Shown: positions 1 through 13,675 of the stretch, one piece after another | Layout: each line of letters starts with the position of its first letter | Position numbering within the stretch: the stretch's first letter is position 1 | DNA from: Anaeramoeba ignava BMAN | Lineage: Eukaryota > Protista > Anaeramoebae | Direction of reading: 5' to 3' | Length of the DNA stretch: 64,000 nucleotides | NCBI GenBank assembly: GCA_028826165.1 | Contig: JAPDFW010000105.1 | Location: 1 to 64,000 of the forward strand | Notes under the pieces: model-generated | The model's input: only the letters and a program-made list of their open reading frames with translations | What the model was told of the DNA's origin: nothing | The model's database searches: none | Program-made: the position numbers and the translations under genes

Positions 1-3000
1 AATATTTCTAAGATATACGTCCATAATCTTGAATCATTACTGTATCATAGGTATTCCATTGGCACCCGTCATTGTTTCAAATTCATTCAACTCTGTTTGT
101 TTTGGTTTCCTTTTAATTAGCAGTTTTCATGAAATTAAATATTATTAAATAATCATTTGAATCAACTCTAAATCAATATTTTGAATATGATATAAATCAA
201 TATAAAATCAATGTACACCCGTCAATATAGAAATCAATGCTGAATTAATATTTACTAAAATCGTATAAGATATTCTTTTGCGGATGTCTGAATCAATATA
301 AATCAATATTTTAAAATATGAAATAAATATTTTAGAATAATTTATTTTACCTTTAGCTTCCAAAAGAATAATATGCATCAAAGCCCCAATACCATTCTTT
401 TGGACCATCCTATTATCTGGGCACCTTCATTTAGCTTTGATAATTGAACAATTCCAATTTCAACTTTCTAATTTGTTTTGTTTCTATTTTAAAATTATGA
501 TTTTTCAAAAATGAAAATAATTTTAATGATGTCCATTTAAAATCCATGCTTTAAATCAAGTATTTTTGAGATAAGATATTTTTCCAAATCAATATTTTGA
601 AATCATGTATTTTTAATCAGCTTATTTTAAATCAATATTTTGGTCAATAGGCTTTTTAAAATTAATGCTATTTTAAATAAATATTTTTAAATAAATATTT
701 TCATCTAATTCTTTTTGAAATGAATATTTCTAAGATTAATATTTTTAGATGAATATTTTAAATCAATATTTTTAAATAAATATTTTTAAATCAATATTTT
801 TGAAATCAATATATTTTAGTCAATATTTTTAAATCAATATTTTGAAATTCTTATTTTTAAATCAATATTTTGAATTAATATTTTAAATAGGAATATTTTT
901 GAATCAATATTTTTGAATAATAATATTTTGAAATCTAATATTTTAAATCAATATTTTTAAATGAATATTTATTTTTAAATCAATATTTTTAAATTAATAT
1001 TTTTAATGGATATTTCTTTTTGAATGAATATTTTTGAATGAATATTTTTGAGATGAATATTTTTAAATAATATTTTTGAATGAATATTTTTAAATCAATA
1101 TTTTGAATGAATTTTGAATGAATATTTTTAAATCAATATTTTTAAATGAATATTTTTAAATCAATATTTTTGGAATGAATATTTTTAAATGAATATTTTT
1201 AAAATGAATATTTTTGAATATTTAAATGATGAATATTTTTGAATAAATATTTTTGAATCAATAAATATTTTTGAATGAATATTTTTGAATCAATATTTTA
1301 AATGAATATTTTTAAATTAATATTTTTGAATGAATATTTTTGAATTAATATTTTTAAATCAATATTTTTAAATCAATATTTTTAAATGAATATTTTAAAT
1401 AAATATTTTTGAATCGATATTTTTAAATCAAATTATTTTACCTTTTGCTTCCAAGAACAATAACCATCAAAGCCCCAATACCATAATATTGAATAATTCT
1501 ATTATCTTTAAAATTATTCATTGCTTTGAGAATTGTTTCAATTTCTTTCTTTTTGTTTCATTTCTAGTTTCTATTTATTATTTGGGTTTATCGAGAAAAA
1601 GATAAAGATTAAGATCAAAATGAAAATTAAAGAAAAATAATTGAATACTTGGATCATAAAAGAATATTTGTAATATCCAACATCCTTTTTCTTGTATGCT
1701 TTCTTCATTTGGAAAATTGTTCATTGCTTTCAAAATTCGTTCATTTCCTTTTAATTCATGCATTTCATCTCCATTTTCTATATTATATTATTAATAGGAA
1801 TAATTTTGATTTTAGAAGATGAAAAAATAATTTCCTTTTTTTCTTTTTTCTCTTTTTAAAAATTTATTACTTGGATCAAGATTGATATTAATTAATAATA
1901 ATAATGATTTTTCTTGAATAAATTGATTTTTGGGAAATTTATTCATTGCTTTAATAATAATTGGTTCTATTCCTTTTAAATTTGCAATTTTTTGTTCCTT
2001 TTCTTTCTTTTTCAAAATTGTTTCTCTTTTTGAATTTAATTTAATTTCTTTTGGATGGGGAAATTTTTATTTGAGAATTTAATAATAATAAATTTACTTT
2101 TAAATCCTCCTGAAAGTGTTTCTAAAATAATAAATCCTTGTTCGATAATTTCTTCTTTTAAAAATTTATTAAGGATTTGAATAATAATTTCAATTCTTTG
2201 AGATTTCCAATTTGTTAATTGTTTTTCTTTATCATCTGATTGTTTTTAATTTGTAATTTTAACAAGAAGAGAAAAAAAATTTATAAAAATGAAGTTTAAA
2301 TGAGAATTAATTTCTTTCTTTCTTTCTCTATTTTTGATTTATATACTTTTTATTATTAAAAAAACATTCCAAAATTAGAAAAATTTTGTTGAAGATTTGG
2401 ATTTTTGAGGAAAATTTTGGATTGATTGAAGAATAAATTCAATTCCATTTAATTGTTTAATTTCTTTTTGATTTTCTATTTTTTGATTTCAAATTGAATT
2501 TGAATTAAATAAATATATAATTTTTTTTTTTGAGAATTTTACCTTTATTATTGGAAATATTCAATAAAATTTGAAATCCTTTTTCTTGAAAATTCTCATC
2601 TTTTAAGAAATTTTTTAATGTTTCAAAAATTGTTTTAATAACTTTAGATTCTTTAAATTGAGTTTGATTTTCTTTTTTTAAATTAATTTTTGTGTTTGTT
2701 TTGTTGAAAATTAAATTTAAATTTAAAATTCATTTCATTTCAATTCTTTTAATTTTACCAAATTGATTATTAGAAAAATTAATTAAAATATTCAATCCTT
2801 TTTCTTGAAAATCTTTTCTTTGAGAGAAATTATTCATTGAATTTATAATTGTTTTGAATTCCTTTAAATTGTCTAAATTTAATTTGATTTTCTTCATTTG
2901 TATTAAATGAATTCAAAACGAAAATTGATTTTGTTTTGATTAAATTCATTTTTTAAAAGGGAAAAAAAAAAGGAAATAATTTTGAATTTTAGAAATTTTA

Positions 3001-5271
3001 CCTTCATTATCAAAAGCAATTTGATTTAAAAGAAAAATCCATAATCTTCTGAATTTTTCATTTTTAGGAAATTAGACATTATAAATATTATTGGTTGTAT
3101 TCCTTGTGGTTTTTAATTTGTTTTGTGATTTTTATTTTCTTTTTGTTTTTGTTTAAATTTTTGAAAAACAAAAAGAAATGAGAATTTTAAATTGATTTTA
3201 AATTGATTTACCAAAATTAATATTAGATAAATTCAATAAAAATTTCCATCCTTTTTCTTGAATAATTTTATTATTTGGGAAATTATTCATTGATTGAATA
3301 ATTAAATCAATTCCTTTTAAATCTTCAATTTTCTTCTTATTTTTCTTTTTTTTTTTTTTTGATCAACTTTTAAAATTCTTCATTTTTGAATTGAAAAAAT
3401 GAATATTTTTTACCTTCATTATTAATACAATTCTTCAATAAAAGTTGATTTGAGTGTTCTATTATCTTTTCATTATTAGGAAAATTAATCATTGATTTAA
3501 TAATTAGTTCAATTCCTTCAAATTTTGAAATTTGTTCTTGAAATTCCTTTTGTTTTTCTTTTTTCAAAATTTTAATTTTATTTTAATTTTAATTTTAATT
3601 TTAATTTTGATTTTAATTTTGATTTTTACTTGAATTCATTGAAATATTATCCAAAATTGAAATTGAATATTGTTGAAGATTTTCATTTTTGATATTTTTC
3701 ATTAATTGAATAATTAATTCAGTTCCATTTGTTGAATTTGATTTTTGATCTATATTTTTTAATTTATTTATTTTTAATTTTGTTTTGAAAATGATTTGTT
3801 GATTTTTTAATTTTATTTTGATTAAAATTTTACTTTCAATTTTTTGTGAAAATTTTCTAAAGCAAAACATCCTTTTTCTCGAATAATTTTATTATTTGGA
3901 AATTTCTTCATCCAATCAAGAATATCATAAAGTAAATTTGGATCTTGATTCTCATCTTTTTGTTATTAGAAATATGAATAAAATCAATTAAATTATCAAA
4001 ATTTTTCTTTTTGAAATTTGTTTTGATTTACTTTCATTTTCATTTTCATTTTCATTTGAAAATTCATTGAAAAATTCATTTAATTTTTTTCTGCCATATC
4101 TTCTTGATATTGTAATGTTATTGCTTGATTTTCTTGTGCATTTTCAATTTTGCTTTTAGTTCATAAATTTGCTTATTCTTTTTTTGATATTCCTCAAATT
4201 TTCCATTAATTTCTGTAAAAGCTTCTCTAATTGTTTTGAATTCTGTTTCTTTTAATATTTGAGGTGTTTCAAAATTCTGAATAAAAGATTCTTCAAAATC
4301 TTCATTTGTTTCAAAAGTATTTAAAAATTCAATTTAAAATTTCATTTTGTTTTTGTTTTGAATTTAATTTTTGAATTTTGTTTTTGATATTCTCTAAAGA
4401 ATCATAATCATCATAATCATAATAATAATCATAATCATTTTGTTCAGGATTTGAAATTTGAATTGATTTTAATGTTTTGAAATTTTTGAATAAAATTGGG
4501 ATCAACTAATTTTTCAATATTATTTTCAATGATTTCATGAATATTTTGAAGAAGTAATTTGAAACAAATATCACAAATAAATTTTGAACCAAGTTTTAAT
4601 CCAATAAAAATAATAATTGATTGCATTTTCTTGATTAATATATTTTCCATTTCTTTTTCAATTTTAATTTTCAATAAATCAATTTTCAATAAATCTGCAA
4701 GTTGATAAAATTGATCGAATTTTGTTGGAATTATTTTTATTTCTGGATTTGAAAAGAATTGAATAACTTTTTCAACAACATCTGAATCAAAATTTTTAAG
4801 ATAAATTGAATGTTGGTTTTTGTTTCCAAGATTTTTGATAGAAAAAAATGGAGAATAAGAATTTATTATTGAATTATTAGAAAGAATTTTTTTTTCTTCT
4901 TTTCCTGTATAAATCAAAAAATTATTTTCTTTTCTTTGTAAAAATGAATTTTGTTTCATGTTTAAAAAATATTCTTTTTTGATTAATTCATTAAAATCTT
5001 TGTTTTTCATTTGATAAAATTTTTCAATTTGGTTTTGATTTTGAATTTGATTTTGATTTTGATTTTGATTTTGATTTTGATTTTGATTTTGATTTTGATT
5101 TTTATTTTGATTTTGATTTTGATTTTGGTTTAGATTTTGAATTTGAATTTGATTTTGATTTTGATTTTGAATTTGAATTTGATTTTGATTTTGATTTTGA
5201 TTTTGATTTTGATTTTGATTTTGATTTTGATTTTTTTGATTTTGATTTCTGTGAATTCTTTTTGATTTCAT
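1..5271 (-). CDS. BTB-like + armadillo-repeat protein, left (inverted) copy; multi-exon, runs off the window start, many frameshifts
   Basis: Reverse complement of the gene at 23400-29584: same (NQ)n N-terminus, BTB-like segment (FDSDVVEKVIQFFSNPEI...QFYQLADLLKIDLL) and ARM exons (e.g. GIELIIKSMINFPNNEKIIEHS). Indels sit in homopolymer runs. Confidence 0.75.
540..1430. repeat. ~14-bp AT-rich intronic minisatellite (degenerate mirror of 27340-28605)
   Basis: Tandem AATATTTTTAAATC / AATATTTTTGAATG units. Confidence 0.85.
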
Positions 5272-5739
5272 TTTATCCTATTTATTTCTTCTTTTTTTTT
5301 TTGTTTAAAAATGATTCAAAATAAATTTAAAATTGTTTTTTGTAAGAAGAATTGTTAAATGAAAAAAGAAATAATTCAGTAATTAAATTAAATTAAATTA
5401 AATTAAATTAAATTATTTTTGAATTAAATATCAAAAAAGGAAAAAAAAATTATTAGATAATTCATTTATTCATTTATTATTTTTGTGTGTGTAATTGATT
5501 AAAGTTTTTTTTTTTAAAAAAGTTAAATAAAATTTTTTACTTATTTTTGTTTTGAAAAAAATGAAAAAAAAAAAGAGGAAAAAATAATTTTTTTTCTTTT
5601 CTTAATTTTTTATTTTAAAAGTGAATTTTTTTAATTTGAAAAGAGAAATAATTTTATTCTTATTTTCCATTTTTCTAATCAAATTTGTTTTAACAAATTC
5701 CTTTTTTCTTTCTTTTTTTTCATTGATCCAAATTCAAAA

Positions 5740-8700
5740 TCAACCTATGTTTTCTAAAACAAGAGATATACTAATGCAACTGAAAAACCAACCAAAAGAA
5801 TAAATAATAGATTCAGATAAAAGAATGTCGCGAAAGTGAGTACAAGAACTCTAAAAAAATATTTAAAAAAAGAAAAATTTGAGAAAATAAAAGAAAAAAT
5901 AAGAAGAAAATTAATTTTTTAATTACATCAGATGAACCCCAAGATGTATATTTAACCCATCCATAAATTAACCATGCAAAAAGAAAAATGTAAATGAGAA
6001 TATTGAGGAATACTCCCAACGGAAGGGGTTCTTCGAGATCGGAAAATAAAAACAAAGGAAATAAAAAACAAAAGAGAATCCAAAAAATATTAAAAACAAT
6101 AACCCAAGTGAAAAAATTCGTGAAATCAGAACAATTTTTATCTTGAATTGAAACTGTAATACAAGTAATAGCCATTCCAAATCCAAAAATAATAGTTGAT
6201 GCTATTTTTATTGTTATTATCCTCTGCTCTTCAGAATCATCTGGGAAAAAAGCGAAATTAAAAAATACCCAGATGAAAAGAATAATAATAAAAATAAAAG
6301 ATTCAATAAAAATAATCTTTAAAATAGTCGAATGCATCTGATAATAAAAATAAAAATATATTAAATAATAAATTAAATCAATAAAAATAAAAATAAATTA
6401 CAGAATTTGAATTATCAAAATTATCAACAAAAATAACAAATCCATATATTGACCAACTTAAAAGGAAAATAATTGGAATTAATGTAAAAGTTATCATTAC
6501 TCGGTTTTTTGATTCATCAAGATTTTTGAAAAAATTCTCAAAATCATGTAAAATTAATGATAAAGATGTAATAAAAGTGATAATAATCCAAAAAATATTG
6601 AAAATAAGAATCCAAATAAAATCAATTTTCCAATCAGAATAATTTCTATTTTTTGTTCCAATAATTAAACAAGGAATAGCCATTACAAATCCAATAATAA
6701 TAGTTATTATAATTCCAATTAATAAAATTTTCATTTTTATCTTTAAAAATCTCTTTTTCTTTGAAAAATAATTCATAAATTAACCAAATGATAAATAAAG
6801 AAGAAATAATAATAAAAATAAAAAGATTCACTAAAAATAATAGAAGAAATAGTTGAATGCATCTGATAATAAAAATAAATAATAAATTAAATAAATAAGA
6901 AATTAATTAAATTATTAAATAAAAATAAATTACAGAATTTGAATTTTGAAAATTATCAATAGAAATAATTAATCCATATATTGACCAACTTAAAAGGAAA
7001 ATAATTGGAATTAATGTAAAAGTTATCATTATTTGATTTTTTGATTCATCAAGATTTTTGAAAAAATTCTCAATATTATGGAAAATTAATGATAAAGATG
7101 TAATAAAAGTGATAATAATCCAAAAAATATTGAAAATAAGAATCCAAATAAAATCATTTTTCCAATCAGAATAATTTCTATTTTTTGTTCCAATAATTAA
7201 ACAAGGAATAGCCATTCCAAACCCAATAATAATAGTTGTTATAATTGTAATTAATAAAATTTTCATTTTATCTTCAAAACCTTCTTCTTCCAAAAATAAT
7301 TCATAAATTAACCAAATGATAAATAAAGAAGAAATAATTATAAAAATAAAAGATTCAATAAAAATAATAGAAGAAATAGTTGAACGCATCTGATAATAAA
7401 AATAAAAAGAAATAATAAATTAAAAATAAAATAAAAATAAATAAATTAAACAAAATAAAAATAAATAAATTACAGAATTTGAATTTTGAAAATTATCAAC
7501 AGAAATAACAAATCCATATATTGACCAACTTAAAAGGAAAATAATTGGAATTAATGTAAAAGTTATCATTATTTGATTTTTTGATTCATCAAGATTTTTG
7601 AAAAAATTCTTAAAATCATTCAAAATTAATGATAAAGATGTAATAAAAATGATAATAATCCAAAAAATATTGAAAATAAGAATCCAAATAAAATCAGTTT
7701 TCCAATCAGAATAATTTCTATTTTTTGTTCCAATAATTAAACAAGGAATAGCCATTACAAATCCAATAATAATAGTTATTATAATTCCAATTAATAAAAT
7801 TTTCATTTTATATTTTAAATCTTCTTCTTCTTTGAAAAATGATTCATAAATTAACCAAATGATAAATAAAGAAGAAATAATAATAAAAATAAAAGATTCA
7901 ATAAAAATAATAGAAGAAATAGTTGAACTTGTCTAATATAAAAAGAAATAATAAATTAAAAATAAATTAAATCAATAAAAATAAATAAATTACAGAATTT
8001 GAATTATCAAAATTATCAATAGAAATAATTAATCCATATATTGACCAACTTAAAAGGAAAATAATTGGAATTAATGTAAAAGTTATCATTATTTTTTGGT
8101 TTTTTGGTATATAAAGATTTTTGAAAAAATTCTCAATATTATGAAAAATTAAAGATAAAGATGTAATAAAAATGGTAATAATCCAAAAAATATTGAAAAT
8201 AAGAATCCAAATAAAATCATTTTTCCAATTAGAATAATTTCTATTTTTTGTTCCAATAATTAAACAAGGAATAGCCATTACAAATCCAATAATAATAGTT
8301 GTTATAATTCCAATTAATAAAATTTTCATTTTATCTTTTAAATCTCCTTCTTTGAAAAATGATTCATAAATTAACCAAATGATAAATAAAGAAGAAATAA
8401 TAATAAAAATAAAAGATTCAATAAAAATAATAGAAGAAATAGTTGAATGCATCTGATAATAAAAAAATAAAAATAAAAAGAAATAATAAAAAATAAATTA
8501 AATCAATAAAAATAAATAAATTACAGAATTTGAATTATCAAAATTATCAACTGAAATAACTAATCCATATATTGACCAACTGGTAAGGAAGAAAATAATA
8601 AGGGAATTAAAAATTCGAATAAAATTGATCCAAAATTTGATTTTCAAATTTCGACTAATTGAAAAAATAATAATTTGAAAAAATAATAAAAGAATCCAAA

Positions 8701-9523
8701 AAATATTGAAAATTTTAATCCAAATCCAACAATCATATTTGGAATCAGAATTTTGATTTTTTTTGCCAATAATGAAAGAAGGTAAAGTCATTCCAAGTAT
8801 AGAAAGAAGTGAAATTATTAAAAATATCCAAAATTCTAATGATTTCATTAAAATAGCAAATGTTTTGGAAATTTTTTTACAAGAAAAAGAAGAACATCTT
8901 ATTTTTTATTTTTATCCATTTTTAATAAAATAATTCATATTTAAAATTAAAATCAAAATTAAAATTAAAATTAAAATTAAAAATTACTTTTTTCCATTTG
9001 TTTCTTTTCCTATTTGATTTAAACTAAAAATTCTATTTTAAAAAAAGAATAGCAAAATAAAAAAGAAAATGAATGAATAAAATTGAAAAATTGATCATTT
9101 TTTTGAAAATAACTCTTTTTTACATTTCCCAATAAGTTTCTGTTATTGGAAATCTTCCAGATTTTTCTTGATTTCGATTTTTCTTGGGTACAATATGGAC
9201 TTCTGGTTTTGGAAGCAGATCTATATCGTCGAACAACAAAATAAAAGGAAAAAAAAAATTTGTTTTTTTTAAAGTTGAATTAAAGATAAAAATCAGTTAC
9301 TTTCATCATAATTATAAGTATCATCACTTTGACTAATATTATCCTTTCCAAGTTCATTTTGACTATCATTTTGATTATCATTTTGATTATCATTTTGATT
9401 ATCATTTTGATTGAAATCATTATTATCGTTATTATCATGATTATTCACATTTTCATGATGATCATTATCATAATTATCTTTTGAAGATATCGGGTTTTCT
9501 TGTGGAATTGAAACTGTCTCCAT
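5740..9523 (-). CDS. Multi-pass membrane protein built from tandem ~456-459-nt exons, left copy (4 similar units + 1 divergent unit)
   Basis: Exon 1 is 9523-9301 (METVSIPQ...), followed by small exons mirroring 18917-19614. Repeated hydrophobic units (MHST/TSST...SWSIYG...NSNS) are separated by phase-0 GTAATT...AG introns. Stop TGA at 5742-5740. Confidence 0.75.
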
Positions 9524-9639
9524 TTTTAAAATAATGGATAATTTTGAAAAATGAAAAAAAAAAAAGGGGAAAAAATAATTTTTTTTTTCTTAATTTTTAA
9601 TTTTAATTTTAATTTTAATTTTAATTTTAAATTTTAATT

Positions 9640-11397
9640 TTAATTTTGATTATTAAATTTTTTAATTAATAAATCAAATAAATTTGGATTTGTTTGATTT
9701 AATTGAAAATAATCAATTCCTCTTTTAATTTCATTAATTATTTGTTTTGTAATTTGAATTTCATTTTTAATTTGATTTGAATAAATCCAATATTCTAATA
9801 TTTGAAATGATTTATTACTTAATTCACTATAATCTGTAACTTTATTAGAAGTATCATTTGTTACAGATAAAAACATTCCTCGATATAATTCACTTCTCAT
9901 TATTAATATTAATTTAGGAAATTTATATTGTTTTTCTTTTCTTTCAATTATAAAATCTTTTTCATTTTCATTTAAATAAATTCTTTTCATTGTTTCTTCA
10001 ATTTTTTCATTTGAATTTATAATTTCTTTAATTTCAGAATATAATTTTGGATTTATAATTCTGTTTGAATAAATCATTTCAAATATTTGATTTGATTCTT
10101 TAATTGATTTATTTGAAATAATTTCTTGAAGTTTTTCAATTTGATTTTGATTTTGATTTAATCTATATTTTAATATTAATTTATGAGCTTCAATTATTTC
10201 TCCATTTTTGGTTTTAAATGAAATATCACAAAATTCTTTTCTTTCAAATAATTTTATCAAATCTTCTTCAAGATTGGAAAAAGAAGGAGAATAATAAAGA
10301 AATGAATTGAAAGCACCACAAGAAATATGATAATTAGAAATATTTTCATTAAATCTTAATTTAGGAAGTTTAATTTGAAATGGAATTTTCTGGAAATTTG
10401 TATTTCCAGTTCCTAATTGACCTGAATAATTACCTCCAAATACTATTAATTTTGGTTTGGATGTTAAAATCAAAGTATGAAAACATCCAACAGAAAAATC
10501 AAGAATATTATCATCATTTTCAAACAAAGATGATTTGATTTCAGTAAATTCATAAGTATCTTCTTTTTTGCCAAGTCCATTATATTGAGAATCACCACAT
10601 GAATAAAGTTTTCTTTTTGGATTTTGATTTTGATCTTCAATCAACATTATTGAATGAAACCCTCCACATTGAATATCAATTATTTTGCCTTTTGGAATAT
10701 TTTGGATTTTGGTTAATTTAATGATTTCATCTTCTCTTCTTGATTCTCCTAATCCAACTTGACCATATTTATTATATCCACATACAAATAATTCTTGATT
10801 TGAATTTAAAAGAAAAACATGAAATGAAGTATTTCCTGAAAATATTTTAGAAACATTTTTCATCATTAAAATTGGTTTTTCTGTTTTTTTAAGTGTTTTA
10901 GAATCAAAACCAAGTTTAGCATTTTCATTTGAACCAATTCCATAAGCATTTTGATTTGAAGTTAATAAGTAAATTGAACTATCTCCAGCAACAATATCTT
11001 CAACTATTCTATCATTTGTATCTTCAATTAATGATGAAATATTAATAAATTCTTTTGGATTTTTTGGATTAATATCTTCTCCTTTTGCAAATACATTTCC
11101 TTCTATTGTTAAAATAGCTTCATTTCCCTCACCAACAGATACTTTTTGAATATTTTCAATTTGGATTTTTTCAGGATTTTGATTTGAATCATTTTCTTTT
11201 AAATATTCTATTGCTTTTCCATTTTCAAAAAGGAAAATTATTGAAAGTATTCCTGATGAAATTTGTTTAATTTGTTTTTCATTTTTATTTTCATTTTTAT
11301 TTTCAAATTTAAATTGAATTGGTTTTTTTATTTCTTCTGGTTCATTTTTGATAAGTTTTGGTTTTTCATTTGAACCAAAAAATAAACAATCATTCAT
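9640..11397 (-). CDS. RCC1-like beta-propeller + tandem BTB/POZ protein
   Basis: RCC1 motifs (CGYNKYGQVGLG, IQCGGFHSIML, FGGNYSGQLG). BTB motifs (FCDISFKT..IEAHKLILKYR; KLILIMRSELYRGMF). Confidence 0.9.
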   Translation of the reverse strand: MNDCLFFGSNEKPKLIKNEPEEIKKPIQFKFENKNENKNEKQIKQISSGILSIIFLFENGKAIEYLKENDSNQNPEKIQIENIQKVSVGEGNEAILTIEGNVFAKGEDINPKNPKEFINISSLIEDTNDRIVEDIVAGDSSIYLLTSNQNAYGIGSNENAKLGFDSKTLKKTEKPILMMKNVSKIFSGNTSFHVFLLNSNQELFVCGYNKYGQVGLGESRREDEIIKLTKIQNIPKGKIIDIQCGGFHSIMLIEDQNQNPKRKLYSCGDSQYNGLGKKEDTYEFTEIKSSLFENDDNILDFSVGCFHTLILTSKPKLIVFGGNYSGQLGTGNTNFQKIPFQIKLPKLRFNENISNYHISCGAFNSFLYYSPSFSNLEEDLIKLFERKEFCDISFKTKNGEIIEAHKLILKYRLNQNQNQIEKLQEIISNKSIKESNQIFEMIYSNRIINPKLYSEIKEIINSNEKIEETMKRIYLNENEKDFIIERKEKQYKFPKLILIMRSELYRGMFLSVTNDTSNKVTDYSELSNKSFQILEYWIYSNQIKNEIQITKQIINEIKRGIDYFQLNQTNPNLFDLLIKKFNNQN

Positions 11398-11440
11398 TTT
11401 TGAAAAAGAAAAAAATGAAAAAAATGAAAAAAATGAAAAA

Positions 11441-13405
11441 TTATTTTTTGAAAATGGAATTAATGAAAAAAATTGTTTTTAAAACTGTTTTTTGTAAAAT
11501 ATAAAATTCTTTTTCTACTCTTTCTTTTTCTTTTTCTTTTTGATTTCTTTTAGATTTTTTTTCATTTTGATTTTGATTATTAAATTTGTTAATTAATAAA
11601 TCAAATAAATTTGGATTTGTTTGATTTAATTGAAAATGATCAATTCCAATTTGAATTTCATTAATTATTTGTTTTGTAATTTCAATTTCTTCTTTAATTT
11701 GATTTGAATAAATCCAATATTCTAATATTTGAAATGATTTATTACTTAATTCACTATAATCTGTAACTTTATTAGAAGTATCATTTGTTACAGATAAAAA
11801 CATTCCTCGATATAATTCACTTCTCATTATTAATATTAATTTAGGAAATTTATATTGTTTTTCTTTTCTTTCAATTATAAAATCTTTTTCATTTTCATTT
11901 TCATTTTCATTTAAATAAATTCTTTTCATTGTTTCTTCAATTTTTTCATTAGAATTTATAATTTCTTTAATTTCAAAATATAATTTTGGATTTATTATGG
12001 AATTGTTTGAATAAATCATTTCAAATATTTGATTTGATTCTTTAATTGATTTTTTTGAAATAATTTCTTGAAGTTTTTCAATTTGATTTTGATTTTGATT
12101 TAATCTATATTTTAATATTAATTTATGAGCTTCAATTATTTCTTCATTTTTGGTTTTAAATGAAATATCACAAAATTCTTTTCTTTCAAATAGTTTTATC
12201 AAATCTTCTTCAAGATTGGAAAAAGAATGAGGAGAATAATAAAGAAATGATTTGAAATATCCACAATAAATATGATAATTAGAAATATTTTCATTAAATC
12301 TTAATTTAGGAAGTTCAATTTGAATTGGAATTGATTGAATCCAATTTGTATTTTCGGTTCCTAATTGGCCATATTCATTTAAACCAAATCCTATTAATTT
12401 TGAATTGGAAGTTAAAATCAAAGTATGATATTGCCCAACAGAAAAATCAAGAATATTATCATCATTTTCAAATAAAGATGATTTGATTTCAGTAAATTCA
12501 TAAGTATCTTTGTATGAGCCATGCCCGTTATATTTCCAATCACCACATGAATAAAGTTTTCTTTTTGTTTTAAATTCAATCAACATTAATGAATGAAAAT
12601 TTCCACATTGAATATCAATTATTTTGCCTTTTGGAATATTTTGGATTTTGGTTAATTTATTGATTTTTTTTTCTTCTTTTCTTGATTCTCCTAATCCAAC
12701 TTGACCATATTGATTATCACCACATCCAAATAATTCTTGATTTGAATTTAAAAGAAAAACATGATTTGAAGCATTTCCTGAAAATATTTTAGAAACATTT
12801 TTCATCATTAAAATTGGTTTTTCTGTTTTTTTAAGTATTTTAGAATCAAAACCAAGTTGACCAAATTGATTTAAACCAATTCCATAAACATTTTGGTTTG
12901 AAGTTAATAAGTAAATTGAAAAATATCCAGCAACAATATCTTCAATTATTCTATCATTTTTATCTTCAATTAATGATGAAATATTGATAAATTCATTTGG
13001 ATTTTCTGAATCAGTGTCTTCTTCTTTGACAAATACATTTCCTTCTAATGTTAAAATAGCTTCATTTTGATAATCAACAGTTACTTTTTGAATATTTTCT
13101 TCAATTTGTATTTTTTCAGGATTTTGATTTGAATCTTCTTCTTCATTTAAATATTCTATTGCTTTTCCATTTTTAAAAAGGAAAATTGTTGAAAAAGTTG
13201 ATGATGAAATTTGTTTAATTTGTTTTTCATTTTCATTTTCATTTTCATTTTCATTTTCATTTTCATTTTCATTTTCATTTTCATTTTCATTTTCATTTTC
13301 ATTTTCATTTTCAAATTTAAATTGAATTGGTTTTGTTATTTTATTTGGTTCATTTTTGAAAAGAATTGGATATTGATTTGAACCAAAAAATAAAATTTCA
13401 TTCAT
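11441..13405 (-). CDS. RCC1-like beta-propeller + tandem BTB/POZ protein (tandem paralog)
   Basis: Near-identical framework to 9640-11397, with an (NE)n tract near the N-terminus. Confidence 0.9.
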   Translation of the reverse strand: MNEILFFGSNQYPILFKNEPNKITKPIQFKFENENENENENENENENENENENENENENEKQIKQISSSTFSTIFLFKNGKAIEYLNEEEDSNQNPEKIQIEENIQKVTVDYQNEAILTLEGNVFVKEEDTDSENPNEFINISSLIEDKNDRIIEDIVAGYFSIYLLTSNQNVYGIGLNQFGQLGFDSKILKKTEKPILMMKNVSKIFSGNASNHVFLLNSNQELFGCGDNQYGQVGLGESRKEEKKINKLTKIQNIPKGKIIDIQCGNFHSLMLIEFKTKRKLYSCGDWKYNGHGSYKDTYEFTEIKSSLFENDDNILDFSVGQYHTLILTSNSKLIGFGLNEYGQLGTENTNWIQSIPIQIELPKLRFNENISNYHIYCGYFKSFLYYSPHSFSNLEEDLIKLFERKEFCDISFKTKNEEIIEAHKLILKYRLNQNQNQIEKLQEIISKKSIKESNQIFEMIYSNNSIINPKLYFEIKEIINSNEKIEETMKRIYLNENENENEKDFIIERKEKQYKFPKLILIMRSELYRGMFLSVTNDTSNKVTDYSELSNKSFQILEYWIYSNQIKEEIEITKQIINEIQIGIDHFQLNQTNPNLFDLLINKFNNQNQNEKKSKRNQKEKEKERVEKEFYILQKTVLKTIFFINSIFKK

Positions 13406-13675
13406 TTTTGAAAAAGAAAAAAATGAAAAAAATATTTTTCTCCTTTTTTATTTAATTTTTAATTTAAAAGGAGAAAAATAAATAAAAAGAAGAAAAATTA
13501 AAATTTTTTTTTTTCATTTTTTTTTCTTTTTTTTCCCATTTTAAAAACAAAACAAAAGAAAACCCTTTTTTGTTTCTTTAATTTTTTAAATTTTTTAAAT
13601 AATTCTTAATTATCTCTTTTTAATTAAATCCCCTTCAAATTCCAAATAAAATAAAATAAAAGAAAAAAAAAAAAA

